From positions 1 to 54,565 of the forward strand of contig JBBRWV010000005.1 of assembly GCA_038248985.1 (NCBI GenBank): DNA of 54,565 bases, given 5' to 3'. The first letter of the stretch is position 1. Each line of letters begins with the position of its first letter. Position numbers and translations under genes: made by a program. This document shows, in pieces, positions 1 through 8,479 of this stretch. Below the pieces are notes generated by a model. It worked only from the letters and a program-made list of their open reading frames with translations, did not search any database and was not told where the DNA came from. The DNA is from Phycisphaerae bacterium (lineage in GTDB: Bacteria; Planctomycetota; Phycisphaerae; WQYP01).

Positions 1-629
1 AAGGCGAAGGCGGCGACGTCGGGGGAATAGTCGGAGAGGGGAGCGACCATACCGGAGAGGAAGACGTAGGGGAGGTAGGAGAGGGAATCGATGGCGGAGG
101 CGCGTTCCATCCAGAAGTTGGCCATGGCGAAGCAGTACTGGAGGGCGAAACGGAGGGCAAATGCGGCGTAGATGGCGACGATGCCAAAGATGACGCTGGC
201 GGGGGTGGGCCACCAGAAGGCGGTGGGATAGAGGAGGAAGAAGAGGATGACGCAGCCGACGAAGAAGGGGAAGCGTGCGGCTTGTTCGGCGAAGTGACCG
301 GAGACGTAATGCCAGAGGGCGTTCATGGGGCGCAGGAGAAAATTGGAGAGGCGGCCCTCGACGATGTGCCATTCAAACTCGTAGATCATCCAGACGACAG
401 AGAATTGTCGAACGATGAAGATGGCGACAAAGTAGCGTCCATAATCGGCGGGGGTGAGGGAGAACTTGGTGGGATCACCGCCCTGGGCGGCGGTCGTCCA
501 GACACCCATCATGACGAAGGGGAAGATGTGGGCGATCACCCAGAGGTAGATTTCCGAGCGGTAGGCCAGCATGAGAGCGTGATGGGCGGAAATGAGGACG
601 CTCATTTTTCGGATCATGTTTCCGATCAT
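1..629 (-). CDS. ABC-2 family (DUF990-like) transporter permease, runs off the window edge
   Basis: Not in the ORF track. Manual translation from ATG 629 (ATGA overlap with the ATPase stop): MIGNMIRKMSVLISAHHALMLAYRSEIYLWVIAHIFPFVMMGVW...VVWMIYEFEWHIVEGRLSNFLLRPM...; hydrophobic and open to position 1. Confidence 0.85.
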   Translation of the reverse strand, partial: MIGNMIRKMSVLISAHHALMLAYRSEIYLWVIAHIFPFVMMGVWTTAAQGGDPTKFSLTPADYGRYFVAIFIVRQFSVVWMIYEFEWHIVEGRLSNFLLRPMNALWHYVSGHFAEQAARFPFFVGCVILFFLLYPTAFWWPTPASVIFGIVAIYAAFALRFALQYCFAMANFWMERASAIDSLSYLPYVFLSGMVAPLSDYSPDVAAFA

Positions 630-1642
630 GGGGGACCTCCGGCAGGGATGTCGGAGGGCTTGTTGACGGAACCGGCGGTGAAGAGTCGGCCGATGATGCT
701 TTCAATAGGGGGATCGGAGATGGAAAGATCGGCGATGGGCAACTCTGTCATCATTTTCTGGATGATGGCCATGAGGTCTTCGCGTTTGACGATGACGCGG
801 GCGGAGCGTCCCTGAGCTTCTTCGACCTCACCGTAGGGCTTTAGGTGCTCACTGGAAATGTCTTCGGTAAAATCGAGTTTGACTTCGCGGGTGGGGGAGA
901 ATTTGTCAACGATGCCGGAGAGATCGCCATCGTAAAACAATTTTCCCTGATGGATCAAAAGAACGCGTTTGCAGAGGGCGGTGATGTCGGCCATGTAGTG
1001 GGAGGTCAGGAGGATGGTGGCGTTGTATTTGCGGTTGTATTCACGGAGGAAGGTGCGGACGGCGGTTTGGGCGTTGACGTCGAGGCCGAGGGTGGGTTCA
1101 TCGAGGAAGAGGACGGTTGGTCGGTGGAGGAGGGAGGCGAGGAGTTCGCATTTCATGCGTTCGCCGAGGGAGAGTTTGCGGACGGGTTGGGACAGTTCTT
1201 TGGTGAGGGTGAGCATTTCGGAGAGTTCACGGATGCGGCGTTGGAGTTCGTCGTGGGGGATATCGTAGACGGCACCGTTGATGCGGAAGCTTTCGTTGGC
1301 GGGGAGATCCCACATGAGTTGCTGCTTGTTGCCCATGACGAGGGTGATCATGCGGAGGAAGGAATTGTGGCGGCGGAAGGGGATGTAGTCGCCGACAGTG
1401 ATTTTTCCGGCGGAGGGGTGGATGAGGCCGGTGAGCATTTTGAGAGTGGTGGTTTTTCCGGCACCGTTGGGGCCGAGGAAGCCGACGATTTCTCCGGGTT
1501 CGATGCGAAAGGAGAGGGGTTTTACGGCGTCGACGGTGCGGTAGGTGCGGTGCCAGAAATGTTTGATGGCGTTGAGGAAACCGGGTTCGCTGTGGGCGAC
1601 CTGGAAGGATTTGGCGAGATCTGTGACGGAGATGGCGGACAT
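626..1642 (-). CDS. ABC transporter ATP-binding protein
   Basis: Walker A GPNGAGKTT, signature LSLGE, Walker B VLFLDEPT, H-loop TSH. Confidence 0.95.
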   Translation of the reverse strand: MSAISVTDLAKSFQVAHSEPGFLNAIKHFWHRTYRTVDAVKPLSFRIEPGEIVGFLGPNGAGKTTTLKMLTGLIHPSAGKITVGDYIPFRRHNSFLRMITLVMGNKQQLMWDLPANESFRINGAVYDIPHDELQRRIRELSEMLTLTKELSQPVRKLSLGERMKCELLASLLHRPTVLFLDEPTLGLDVNAQTAVRTFLREYNRKYNATILLTSHYMADITALCKRVLLIHQGKLFYDGDLSGIVDKFSPTREVKLDFTEDISSEHLKPYGEVEEAQGRSARVIVKREDLMAIIQKMMTELPIADLSISDPPIESIIGRLFTAGSVNKPSDIPAGGPP

Positions 1643-1903
1643 AGGGACCTTTCAAAACGGTCTGGCATGATAATGCTTGAAACGGGGGTGTCGAGGGGTG
1701 AATTATCTGAAGGCGGGGTGGAGGCATCCGGGGGGGGGCGGGGGACGTAATGATTGATGTTACTTCTTCGAGGAGGAGGCGCGGTGGGTATTTTTTTGCC
1801 GATGCGGGGGCGTTGGGGAAAGGGAGGGAGGTCTGGGCGGGGCGCGGGGGAGGGTGGCATTGCAAACATGATTGAGGGGAAGGATCATACGCAGCGTAAC
1901 GTG

Positions 1904-2575
1904 ATGACGGTCGCGGCGAGTGAGACTGGGGGGCTTGCGGCGACGAGGACGCGCGGGAGAGTCATGGCCGGCAAGCGATCACCTGAATCGAAAGAGTTGC
2001 TCCTGGTGTTGGAGCGGATGGGACGGGGGGATCATGCGGCGCTGGCGAAGGCGTACGATTTGATTGGGGGGGCGGTGTTTTCACTGGCGGTGCGGATGAT
2101 GCGGGACCGGCAAGCGGCGGAGGATGTGACGCAGGATATTTTTGTGCAGGTATGGCGGCAATCGGCGGGGTTTGATACATCGCGTGGGAGCGGGGAGGCG
2201 TGGATCATGATGATTGCGCGGAGCCGAATTTTGGATCGGTTGCGCAGTCGGAGTGCGGGGATCCGGATGAAGAGCGTGGGGGATGCGTTGCCGGATGCGC
2301 CGGCGGCGGAGGACTGGCCGGAGGACATGGCAATTGCGCGGGAGGAGGCGGTGGCGGTGCGGGAGGCGTTGCGGGAGTTGGGAGAGGATCAGCGGGTGGC
2401 GGTGGAACTGGCCTTTTTTGAGGGGCTGACGCATACACAGGTGGCGGAGCGACTGGGGGTGCCGCTGGGGACGATCAAGACGCGGATACGGCTGGGACTC
2501 TTGCGAATCCGTGATCGGCTGGCGAGCGTAACAGATATGGATGGAGGCGCGGAGCCACTTGAGGAGAATCGCTAA
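1904..2575 (+). CDS. ECF RNA polymerase sigma factor (SigK-like)
   Basis: Region 2 AAEDVTQDIFVQVW...WIMMIARSRILDRLR; region 4 LAFFEGLTHTQVAERLGVPLGTIKTRIRLGL. Start uncertain (1904 or 1964; track start 1754 probably too long). Confidence 0.9.
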   Translation: MTVAASETGGLAATRTRGRVMAGKRSPESKELLLVLERMGRGDHAALAKAYDLIGGAVFSLAVRMMRDRQAAEDVTQDIFVQVWRQSAGFDTSRGSGEAWIMMIARSRILDRLRSRSAGIRMKSVGDALPDAPAAEDWPEDMAIAREEAVAVREALRELGEDQRVAVELAFFEGLTHTQVAERLGVPLGTIKTRIRLGLLRIRDRLASVTDMDGGAEPLEENR

Positions 2576-3306
2576 TGGATGCGGCAAAGAAAATGATGCG
2601 GGAAGAAGAACTCGATGCAGCGATTGAGGCGAGCTTGAATGAGTCGGCGGAGACGGAAGTGCGCGGCCTGAGGGAAGCGATGGCGCGGCTGGCGGCGGCG
2701 AGCCCGTACATGGAACCGCCGGCGGATTTGCGGGTGAAGATTTTGCAGGCGTCGGCACCGCAGATTTTTCGGATGGAGGATTATAAGAAGGCGACGCGGG
2801 ACAACGTGCGATTTTATCGCTGGGGGATGGTGGCGGCGGGGTTGTTTCTGGCGGCGGCGGCGTGGTTCAATATGAATATGCAGTCGAACATGAAGGTTGT
2901 TCGAAGCGAAGCGATGAATGCGTTGAAGGAGCAGCAAGGGCAACTTCAGGCGATGCAGGCGGCGGTGGCGCAGAAGGATGATGCATTGAAGGCGTTGGTG
3001 GATCCGAATGTGCGGCAAGTGAATTTGATGGATCGTGATCAGAAGGTGATCGGCAAGTTGCTGGTGCTGGATGCGGAGAACAAGAACGTCATGGTGGTGT
3101 TGCCGCAGGAGATGATTCCGCCGGGACGGTCGGTCACACTGACGCTGTCGAACGGGGGCAAGCAGCACCAGGTGGAGGCGATTGCGGTGGGGGGAAAGAC
3201 GCCGGGGGGTTATGCGCGTCAGCAGTTGCCTGAGCCGGTGAACAAGAATGGAGGGCTGCAGATTCGGACGGGTGACGGGAAGGTGCTGACGGCGGGGCCG
3301 TTCTGA
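2575..3306 (+). CDS. Putative anti-sigma factor (RskA-like)
   Basis: TAATG overlap with the sigma gene; PPADLRVKIL motif, single TM (WGMVAAGLFLAAAAWF), then coiled coil and C-terminal domain. Confidence 0.8.
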   Translation: MDAAKKMMREEELDAAIEASLNESAETEVRGLREAMARLAAASPYMEPPADLRVKILQASAPQIFRMEDYKKATRDNVRFYRWGMVAAGLFLAAAAWFNMNMQSNMKVVRSEAMNALKEQQGQLQAMQAAVAQKDDALKALVDPNVRQVNLMDRDQKVIGKLLVLDAENKNVMVVLPQEMIPPGRSVTLTLSNGGKQHQVEAIAVGGKTPGGYARQQLPEPVNKNGGLQIRTGDGKVLTAGPF

Positions 3307-3426
3307 GGAGGCGGAGGGGGGCTGGGGCAAGACAGTTGTCGGTTGCCGGGGCATTGCTGTTTTTTTGTTTTGTTTTTCAGAATCTCATCTATGATGCGGC
3401 GGTGACTGCGATAGATGGGAGTCGTT

Positions 3427-3798
3427 ATGAGCAATCCTGAACCCAACGTTTATTCAGATTTGGCTTATGAGTCGGTTGAGCCGCGAAAGAAGCTGAACTG
3501 GCTGGGGATCACATCGTTGGGGATGGGGCTTTTAGTGGGATTGCTGGAGTTGGTGTTGATCGTACTGGCGGGTGTGCGAACAAATGCCGCCGGGGGCACG
3601 ATGAGCGAGACAGAAGCGATGATGATTGGTTTTGGAATACTGGGCGGGCTGATTATGGCGCTGGTGGGAGGCGCGGTGGGGTTTGGCTCGTTGTTTATCA
3701 GGGGGCGGGAGAAAATAAGCGGTTGGATTGGGGTGACGATTAACGCGGTGATTGTGCTGGGGGTTCTGGCGCTGTTGGTTATTGGATTACTGGCGTAA
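3427..3798 (+). CDS. Small membrane protein with about 3 TM segments, unknown function
   Basis: GGGAG RBS before ATG 3427; three hydrophobic segments. Confidence 0.7.
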   Translation: MSNPEPNVYSDLAYESVEPRKKLNWLGITSLGMGLLVGLLELVLIVLAGVRTNAAGGTMSETEAMMIGFGILGGLIMALVGGAVGFGSLFIRGREKISGWIGVTINAVIVLGVLALLVIGLLA

Positions 3799-3806
3799 GG
3801 GCAGGG

Positions 3807-4547
3807 TCAAGGGGTGGCGTGCGATTTTGCGGCCGCAATTTGGGCGAGCCGGCGTTGGAAGGCGTCGGTGAGGGTTTGTTTGACGAGGGGCATGGGCGGG
3901 GTTTTGTCCGCGAGGAGATTGCGCATCGAGGTGACTGGGCGGGAGAGTCCGCAGGGGTTGATGAGTTGAAAATAGGATAGATCGGTGGTGACGTTGAGTG
4001 CGAGGCCGTGGAAGGTGACCCAGCGGCGGAGCTTGACGCCCATGGCGCAGATTTTTTCAGCGCCGGGGCGGATGCAGCAGAGGGGAGGTTGGGCGGGCGG
4101 CGGGGCGGAATTTTGTGGGATTGGGGGTTCGATCCAGACGCCGGTGGCGCCGGGGGCGCGGGTGCCGGTGATGCCGAAGGCAGCGAGGGTGTCGATGACG
4201 ACGTCTTCGAGGAGGCGCATGTAGTTGTGGAGGTTGAGGTTGTAAGTGTTGAGAGGAATGATGGGGTAGGCGACGAGTTGGCCGGGGCCGTGGAAGGTGA
4301 TGTCGCCGCCGCGATCGGTTTCGGTGAGTTCGACGCCGCGGAGCTGCAGGAGGGCGGGGGAGGCGAGGAGGTGTTTACTGGAGCCGGGGTGGCGGCCAAT
4401 GGTTATGACGGGAGGGTGTTCGACGAGGATGAGTGCGCCGGCGGGGTAGGGGCCAGCGTCGCCGATGGAGACTTGGGAGTGGACATCGAGTTGTTTATCC
4501 CAGGCCGCCTGGTAGGAGAGGGTGGCAAGGTCGATAATTTGTAGCAT
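3807..4547 (-). CDS. lipB: Lipoyl(octanoyl) transferase
   Basis: VEHPPVITIG, TDRGGDITFHGPGQLVAYPI, KICAMG, HGLALNV, INPCG motifs; start MLQIIDL at 4547. Confidence 0.95.
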   Translation of the reverse strand: MLQIIDLATLSYQAAWDKQLDVHSQVSIGDAGPYPAGALILVEHPPVITIGRHPGSSKHLLASPALLQLRGVELTETDRGGDITFHGPGQLVAYPIIPLNTYNLNLHNYMRLLEDVVIDTLAAFGITGTRAPGATGVWIEPPIPQNSAPPPAQPPLCCIRPGAEKICAMGVKLRRWVTFHGLALNVTTDLSYFQLINPCGLSRPVTSMRNLLADKTPPMPLVKQTLTDAFQRRLAQIAAAKSHATP

Positions 4548-4628
4548 GATAGAAGGGTATAGGGATCGGGGTTCAGGGTCCAGCGGTGGAGAGCGTAGAG
4601 TGTTGCACCGAAGGAGAATTGTCACCCC

Positions 4629-4754
4629 TTAGGGCCGGCGCAGGTTGGGATGGCGCAGAATGATATGGCTGCCAGTCTGATGGTCGACCTGGTATCCGAG
4701 TTTGCCGAAGGCTGTGACGGCATCCCTGCCGGAGCAAACTGGTAGGCGATTCAC
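4629..4754 (-). pseudogene. hicA: Truncated HicA-family toxin (41 aa)
   Basis: GTG 2 nt after the hicB stop: MNRLPVCSGRDAVTAFGKLGYQVDHQTGSHIILRHPNLRRP*. Has the HicA GSH motif but stops before the usual VP-H and final helix. Confidence 0.75.
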
Positions 4755-4756
4755 TA

Positions 4757-4963
4757 TCAAACCTCGACGATTTCTTCAGTGATCGGAAGCGGAATTGGGT
4801 CCCCATGTTTTTGGAGGCTTTCGACGTAACCAGCGATGGCGTCTTTGACATTGGTGACGGCTTCGGCGCGCGTTCTGCCTTGGGAGATACAGCCGGGGAG
4901 GGTCGGGCATTCCGCGACGAACGCTCCGTCTTCATCTTGTTCAATTACGACGCGGTATCTCAT
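4757..4963 (-). CDS. hicB: HicB-family antitoxin (short form)
   Basis: MRYRVVIEQDEDGAFVAECPTLPGCISQGRTRAEAVTNVKDAI, typical HicB; GGAG RBS. Confidence 0.9.
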   Translation of the reverse strand: MRYRVVIEQDEDGAFVAECPTLPGCISQGRTRAEAVTNVKDAIAGYVESLQKHGDPIPLPITEEIVEV

Positions 4964-5108
4964 AGGCTCTCCATACAAGTGCTGCCGTCATCATCGAATG
5001 ATAGGCGAGTAAAATCAAGCATAATAGGGCGATTGGGGGACGCGGACTGTGGGCCTGATGAACGCGGGACGATAAAGACAAACGTGTGAAGGGTGGCGGT
5101 GGACGGGG

Positions 5109-7781
5109 CTATTTTGATGGACGTTTTTTGGGGGATGCTGGTGGTGATTTATGGGGAGGTCGGCCGAGGGCGATTTTGAGGACGTCTTCGACGCGGGAGG
5201 CGAATTCGAATTTGAGGAGTTTGCGGATTTCGGGGCGGATTTCGGTGAGGTCTTTGCGGTTGCGTTCGGGGAGGATGACGGTTTTGATGCCGGCGCGCTG
5301 GGCGGCGATGGTTTTTTCCTTGATTCCGCCGATGGGGAGGACGAGTCCGCGGAGGGTGATTTCGCCGGTCATGGCGACGTCGGGGCGGGCGGCGCGGTTG
5401 GTGAAGAGGGAGGCGAGTGCGGTGTACATGGCGACGCCGGCGGAGGGGCCGTCTTTGGGGACGGCACCGGCGGGGACGTGGACGTGGATGTCGGTTTTGG
5501 CAAAGAGGTCTTCGGGGATGCCGAGAGAGAGGGCGTTGTGTTTGAGAAGGGAGAGAGCGGCCTGGGCGGATTCTTTCATGACGTCGCCGATTTGGCCGGT
5601 GAGCAGGAGGTTGCCTTTGCCGGGCATTTGGGTGGCTTCGATGAAGAGGATTTCTCCGCCGACGGGGGTGTAGGCGAGGCCGGTGACGACGCCGGGGGTG
5701 GCGGTGCGTTGGGCGAGTTCGGATTCGAACTTGGTGGGGCCGAGATAGGAGGCGAGGTCGTCGGGGGAGACGGTGATGGGTTTGGCGATTACTGATTTGG
5801 GGTTGCGACTTTTTGCGGTGGGGATGGTTTTGGGAGACGGCGCGGGAGCGGTGGGTTCGGCCTCGACGATTTTGGCGGCGACGCCACGGATGACGGAGGC
5901 GATGGTGCGATCGAGGCTGCGGACGCCGGCTTCGCGGGTGTAGTGATCGATGATGGCTTCAAGGGTTTTATTGGGGAGTGTGACCTGGGAGGCGGTAACG
6001 CCGTGCTCGCGTAGTTGGCGCGGCACGAGGAATTTGCGGGCGATTTTGAGTTTGTCGTGTTGGGTGTAGCCGGGGATTTCGATAATTTCCATGCGGTCTT
6101 TGAGGGCGGGGGGAACGGGCTCCATGTAGTTGGCGGTGCAGATGAAAATAATTTTGCTGAGGTCGAAGGCGACGCCGAGGTAGTGATCGGTGAAGGAGTT
6201 GTTTTGTTCGGGGTCGAGGACTTCGAGGAGGGCGGCGGAGGGATCGCCACGGAAATCGGCACCGAGCTTGTCGATTTCATCGAGCATGATGAGCGGGTTG
6301 TTGGTGCCGGTTTTGCGGAGCTCCTGGATGATGCGGCCGGGCATGGAGCCGATGTAGGTGCGGCGGTGACCGCGGATGTCGGCTTCGTCGCGCACGCCGC
6401 CGAGGGAGACGCGGACGAAATTTCTTCCGAGGGATTCGGCGATGGATTTACCGAGGGAGGTTTTGCCGACGCCGGGGGGGCCGACGAAGCAGAGGATGGG
6501 GCCGCGGCCATTAGGATTGAGTTTGCGTACGGCGAGGTATTCGATGATGCGCTGCTTGATTTTTTCGAGGTCGTAGTGGTCGCGTTCGAGGATTTTGCGG
6601 GCGGAGGGGATGTCGTATTTGTCGGTGGTGGATTTGGACCAGGGGAGTTCGGCGACGGTTTCGAGGAAGGTGCGGATGACGGAGTATTCGGGCGAGGCTT
6701 GGGGGATGACGGTGAGGCGGTTGAGCTCGCGGTCGGTTTCTTTCTGGACGGCGGGCGGGAGCTGGGCTTCTTCGAGGCGTTTGCGGAGTTCGGCGACGTC
6801 GGCTTCGGGGCCGCTGTCGTTGCCGAGTTCCTTTTGGATGGCTTTCATTTGTTCCTGCAGGAAGTAAGTGCGTTGGGTTTTGTCGATGGTGGTGCGGACT
6901 TGGTTCTGGATGCGTTCCTGCAGTTCGAGGAGTTCGATGCGCGCGGCGATGCGTTCGCGGACGCGTTCGAGGCGGAGGGTGACGTCAATTTCTTCAAGGA
7001 GGGATTGTTTTTCGGCGTATTCGCCGCTGAGGTTGGCGGCGAGGAAATCGGCGAGGACGCCGGGCTGGTCGATGTTGGTGATGATCTGTCCGGCTTCGTC
7101 GGGGATGTTGGGGGAGAGTTGGATCATGCGTTCGGCGGTTTCGCGGACGGACTTCACGAGGAGGTCGAAAGGCGGGGTGGAGTCAGGCGTTTTGTCCTGG
7201 AGGATTTCGACCTTGGCGCGGATGAAGGGTTCGGTTTCGAGGATTTCGACGATGCGGAAACGGACGAGGCCGTGGGTGAGGATGTTGAGGTGGCCTTCGG
7301 GGGCTTTGACCATTTTGAGGACGAGGGAAGCGGTGCCGATCTCGAAGAGGTCCTGGGGGTTGGGATCTTCAACGGCGTCATTGCGTTGGGTGATGACGCC
7401 GATGATTTTTTCGCGAGTGAGGGCGTCGTCGAGCATTTTGCGACTTTTGGGGCGTCCGACGGTGAGGGGGAGGACGGCACCGGGGAAGGCGACGGAGCCG
7501 CGGACGGGGAGAAGTGCGAGGGTGTCGGGGACTTGGATGGCTTGGATGAGGGGAGATTGGACGGGGGTTATTTTTACCCCCCCACTGCTGCTGGGGTTGG
7601 GGGTGGCGGCGCTGCGATTAGTTTTGGGGCGCGGGCTTTTTGGGGCGGGGGCGGGGGGATCGATGGGCGCAGAGGAAGGGGATTCGGGGGGAGTCAGCGG
7701 AGGTGTGTCGGACTCGGCGGGGGTCTTGGCAGCGGGTTGGGGCTGGGGAGATTTATCGTCGGGTTTATTGGTGTCGCTCAC
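5109..7781 (-). CDS. lon: ATP-dependent Lon protease
   Basis: LON N-domain, GPPGVGKT, RRTYIGSMPGRIIQ, catalytic PKDGPSAG and PIGGIKEK; about 80-aa Pro-rich N-terminal extension. Confidence 0.98.
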   Translation of the reverse strand: MSDTNKPDDKSPQPQPAAKTPAESDTPPLTPPESPSSAPIDPPAPAPKSPRPKTNRSAATPNPSSSGGVKITPVQSPLIQAIQVPDTLALLPVRGSVAFPGAVLPLTVGRPKSRKMLDDALTREKIIGVITQRNDAVEDPNPQDLFEIGTASLVLKMVKAPEGHLNILTHGLVRFRIVEILETEPFIRAKVEILQDKTPDSTPPFDLLVKSVRETAERMIQLSPNIPDEAGQIITNIDQPGVLADFLAANLSGEYAEKQSLLEEIDVTLRLERVRERIAARIELLELQERIQNQVRTTIDKTQRTYFLQEQMKAIQKELGNDSGPEADVAELRKRLEEAQLPPAVQKETDRELNRLTVIPQASPEYSVIRTFLETVAELPWSKSTTDKYDIPSARKILERDHYDLEKIKQRIIEYLAVRKLNPNGRGPILCFVGPPGVGKTSLGKSIAESLGRNFVRVSLGGVRDEADIRGHRRTYIGSMPGRIIQELRKTGTNNPLIMLDEIDKLGADFRGDPSAALLEVLDPEQNNSFTDHYLGVAFDLSKIIFICTANYMEPVPPALKDRMEIIEIPGYTQHDKLKIARKFLVPRQLREHGVTASQVTLPNKTLEAIIDHYTREAGVRSLDRTIASVIRGVAAKIVEAEPTAPAPSPKTIPTAKSRNPKSVIAKPITVSPDDLASYLGPTKFESELAQRTATPGVVTGLAYTPVGGEILFIEATQMPGKGNLLLTGQIGDVMKESAQAALSLLKHNALSLGIPEDLFAKTDIHVHVPAGAVPKDGPSAGVAMYTALASLFTNRAARPDVAMTGEITLRGLVLPIGGIKEKTIAAQRAGIKTVILPERNRKDLTEIRPEIRKLLKFEFASRVEDVLKIALGRPPHKSPPASPKKRPSK

Positions 7782-7834
7782 TTTGGTATTTCCTGCTTTA
7801 TTGTAGATTTGAAATTATCACGCGTGAAAGGGGA

Positions 7835-8266
7835 TTATTCGCGGGCGTCGGGCAATAGTTTGGGGAGAGTGACCCAGAGGAGGCCGTCGTGATAGTTGGC
7901 GGCGATGCCTTCGTGGCGGACAGTGGCGGGGATTTCGATGCTGCGACAGAAGGTGCCGTGGTCGATTTCCATGAGGTGTACGGCGACGGCGGGTGAACCG
8001 TCGGGGGGGATGGGGGATTGGCGGCGGCCGCGGATGATGACGAATTCTTTTTCGAGGGAGACTTCGATGTCATGGGCATCCATGCCGGAGAGGTCGGCGC
8101 AGAGGACGAAGGCGGTGAGGGTTTCGTAGAGGTTGACGGGAGGGCGGAAGGCGTCTGTGGGAGAGAAGCCGTGGTATTGGCGGCGCATTTCGCGATCGAC
8201 GACGTGGTTCATCTGGCGGACGAGGCTGGAGAATTCGTCGGCGAGTTCAATAGGGATAGCGACCAT
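7835..8266 (-). CDS. Hsp20/alpha-crystallin small heat-shock protein
   Basis: FRPPVNLYET, ADLSG, EIDHGTFCRSIEIP, ANYHDGLLWVTLPK; AGGAG RBS before ATG 8266; upstream of lon. Confidence 0.92.
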   Translation of the reverse strand: MVAIPIELADEFSSLVRQMNHVVDREMRRQYHGFSPTDAFRPPVNLYETLTAFVLCADLSGMDAHDIEVSLEKEFVIIRGRRQSPIPPDGSPAVAVHLMEIDHGTFCRSIEIPATVRHEGIAANYHDGLLWVTLPKLLPDARE

Positions 8267-8479
8267 GGGCAACTCCTGAATTTGCAGACGGAGGATTGTA
8301 TACAAGTTTTGGCGGATCGTCTTGTGGCGGAACTTTCTCAAAAAGGCAAATCAATTTTGGATTGCGGATTGGGGAGGCACGAGCCGCCTCTGAGATAGGC
8401 GGTTTGTACCCTTTAGATAATAATATGGCCTATGCTTAGCAATAAGAAGGTAATGAATTGGTTAGCTAAATGAGGATTC

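Noticed and set aside
3325-3378. Terminator after the first anti-sigma gene
   Set aside because: A long T-tract is present, but the hairpin is weak and separated from it.
6015-7892. Long antisense and alternative-frame ORFs (e.g. 6015-7892 +, 8537-10342 -, 27981-29534 -, 33623-35080 -)
   Set aside because: Shadows of well-supported genes; biased G/E/V/D or P/S/R composition caused by high GC and skew.
8436-8469. CIRCE-like TTAGC...GCTAA upstream of hsp20-lon
   Set aside because: Arms do not match TTAGCACTC/GAGTGCTAA and the spacing is 16 rather than 9 nt.
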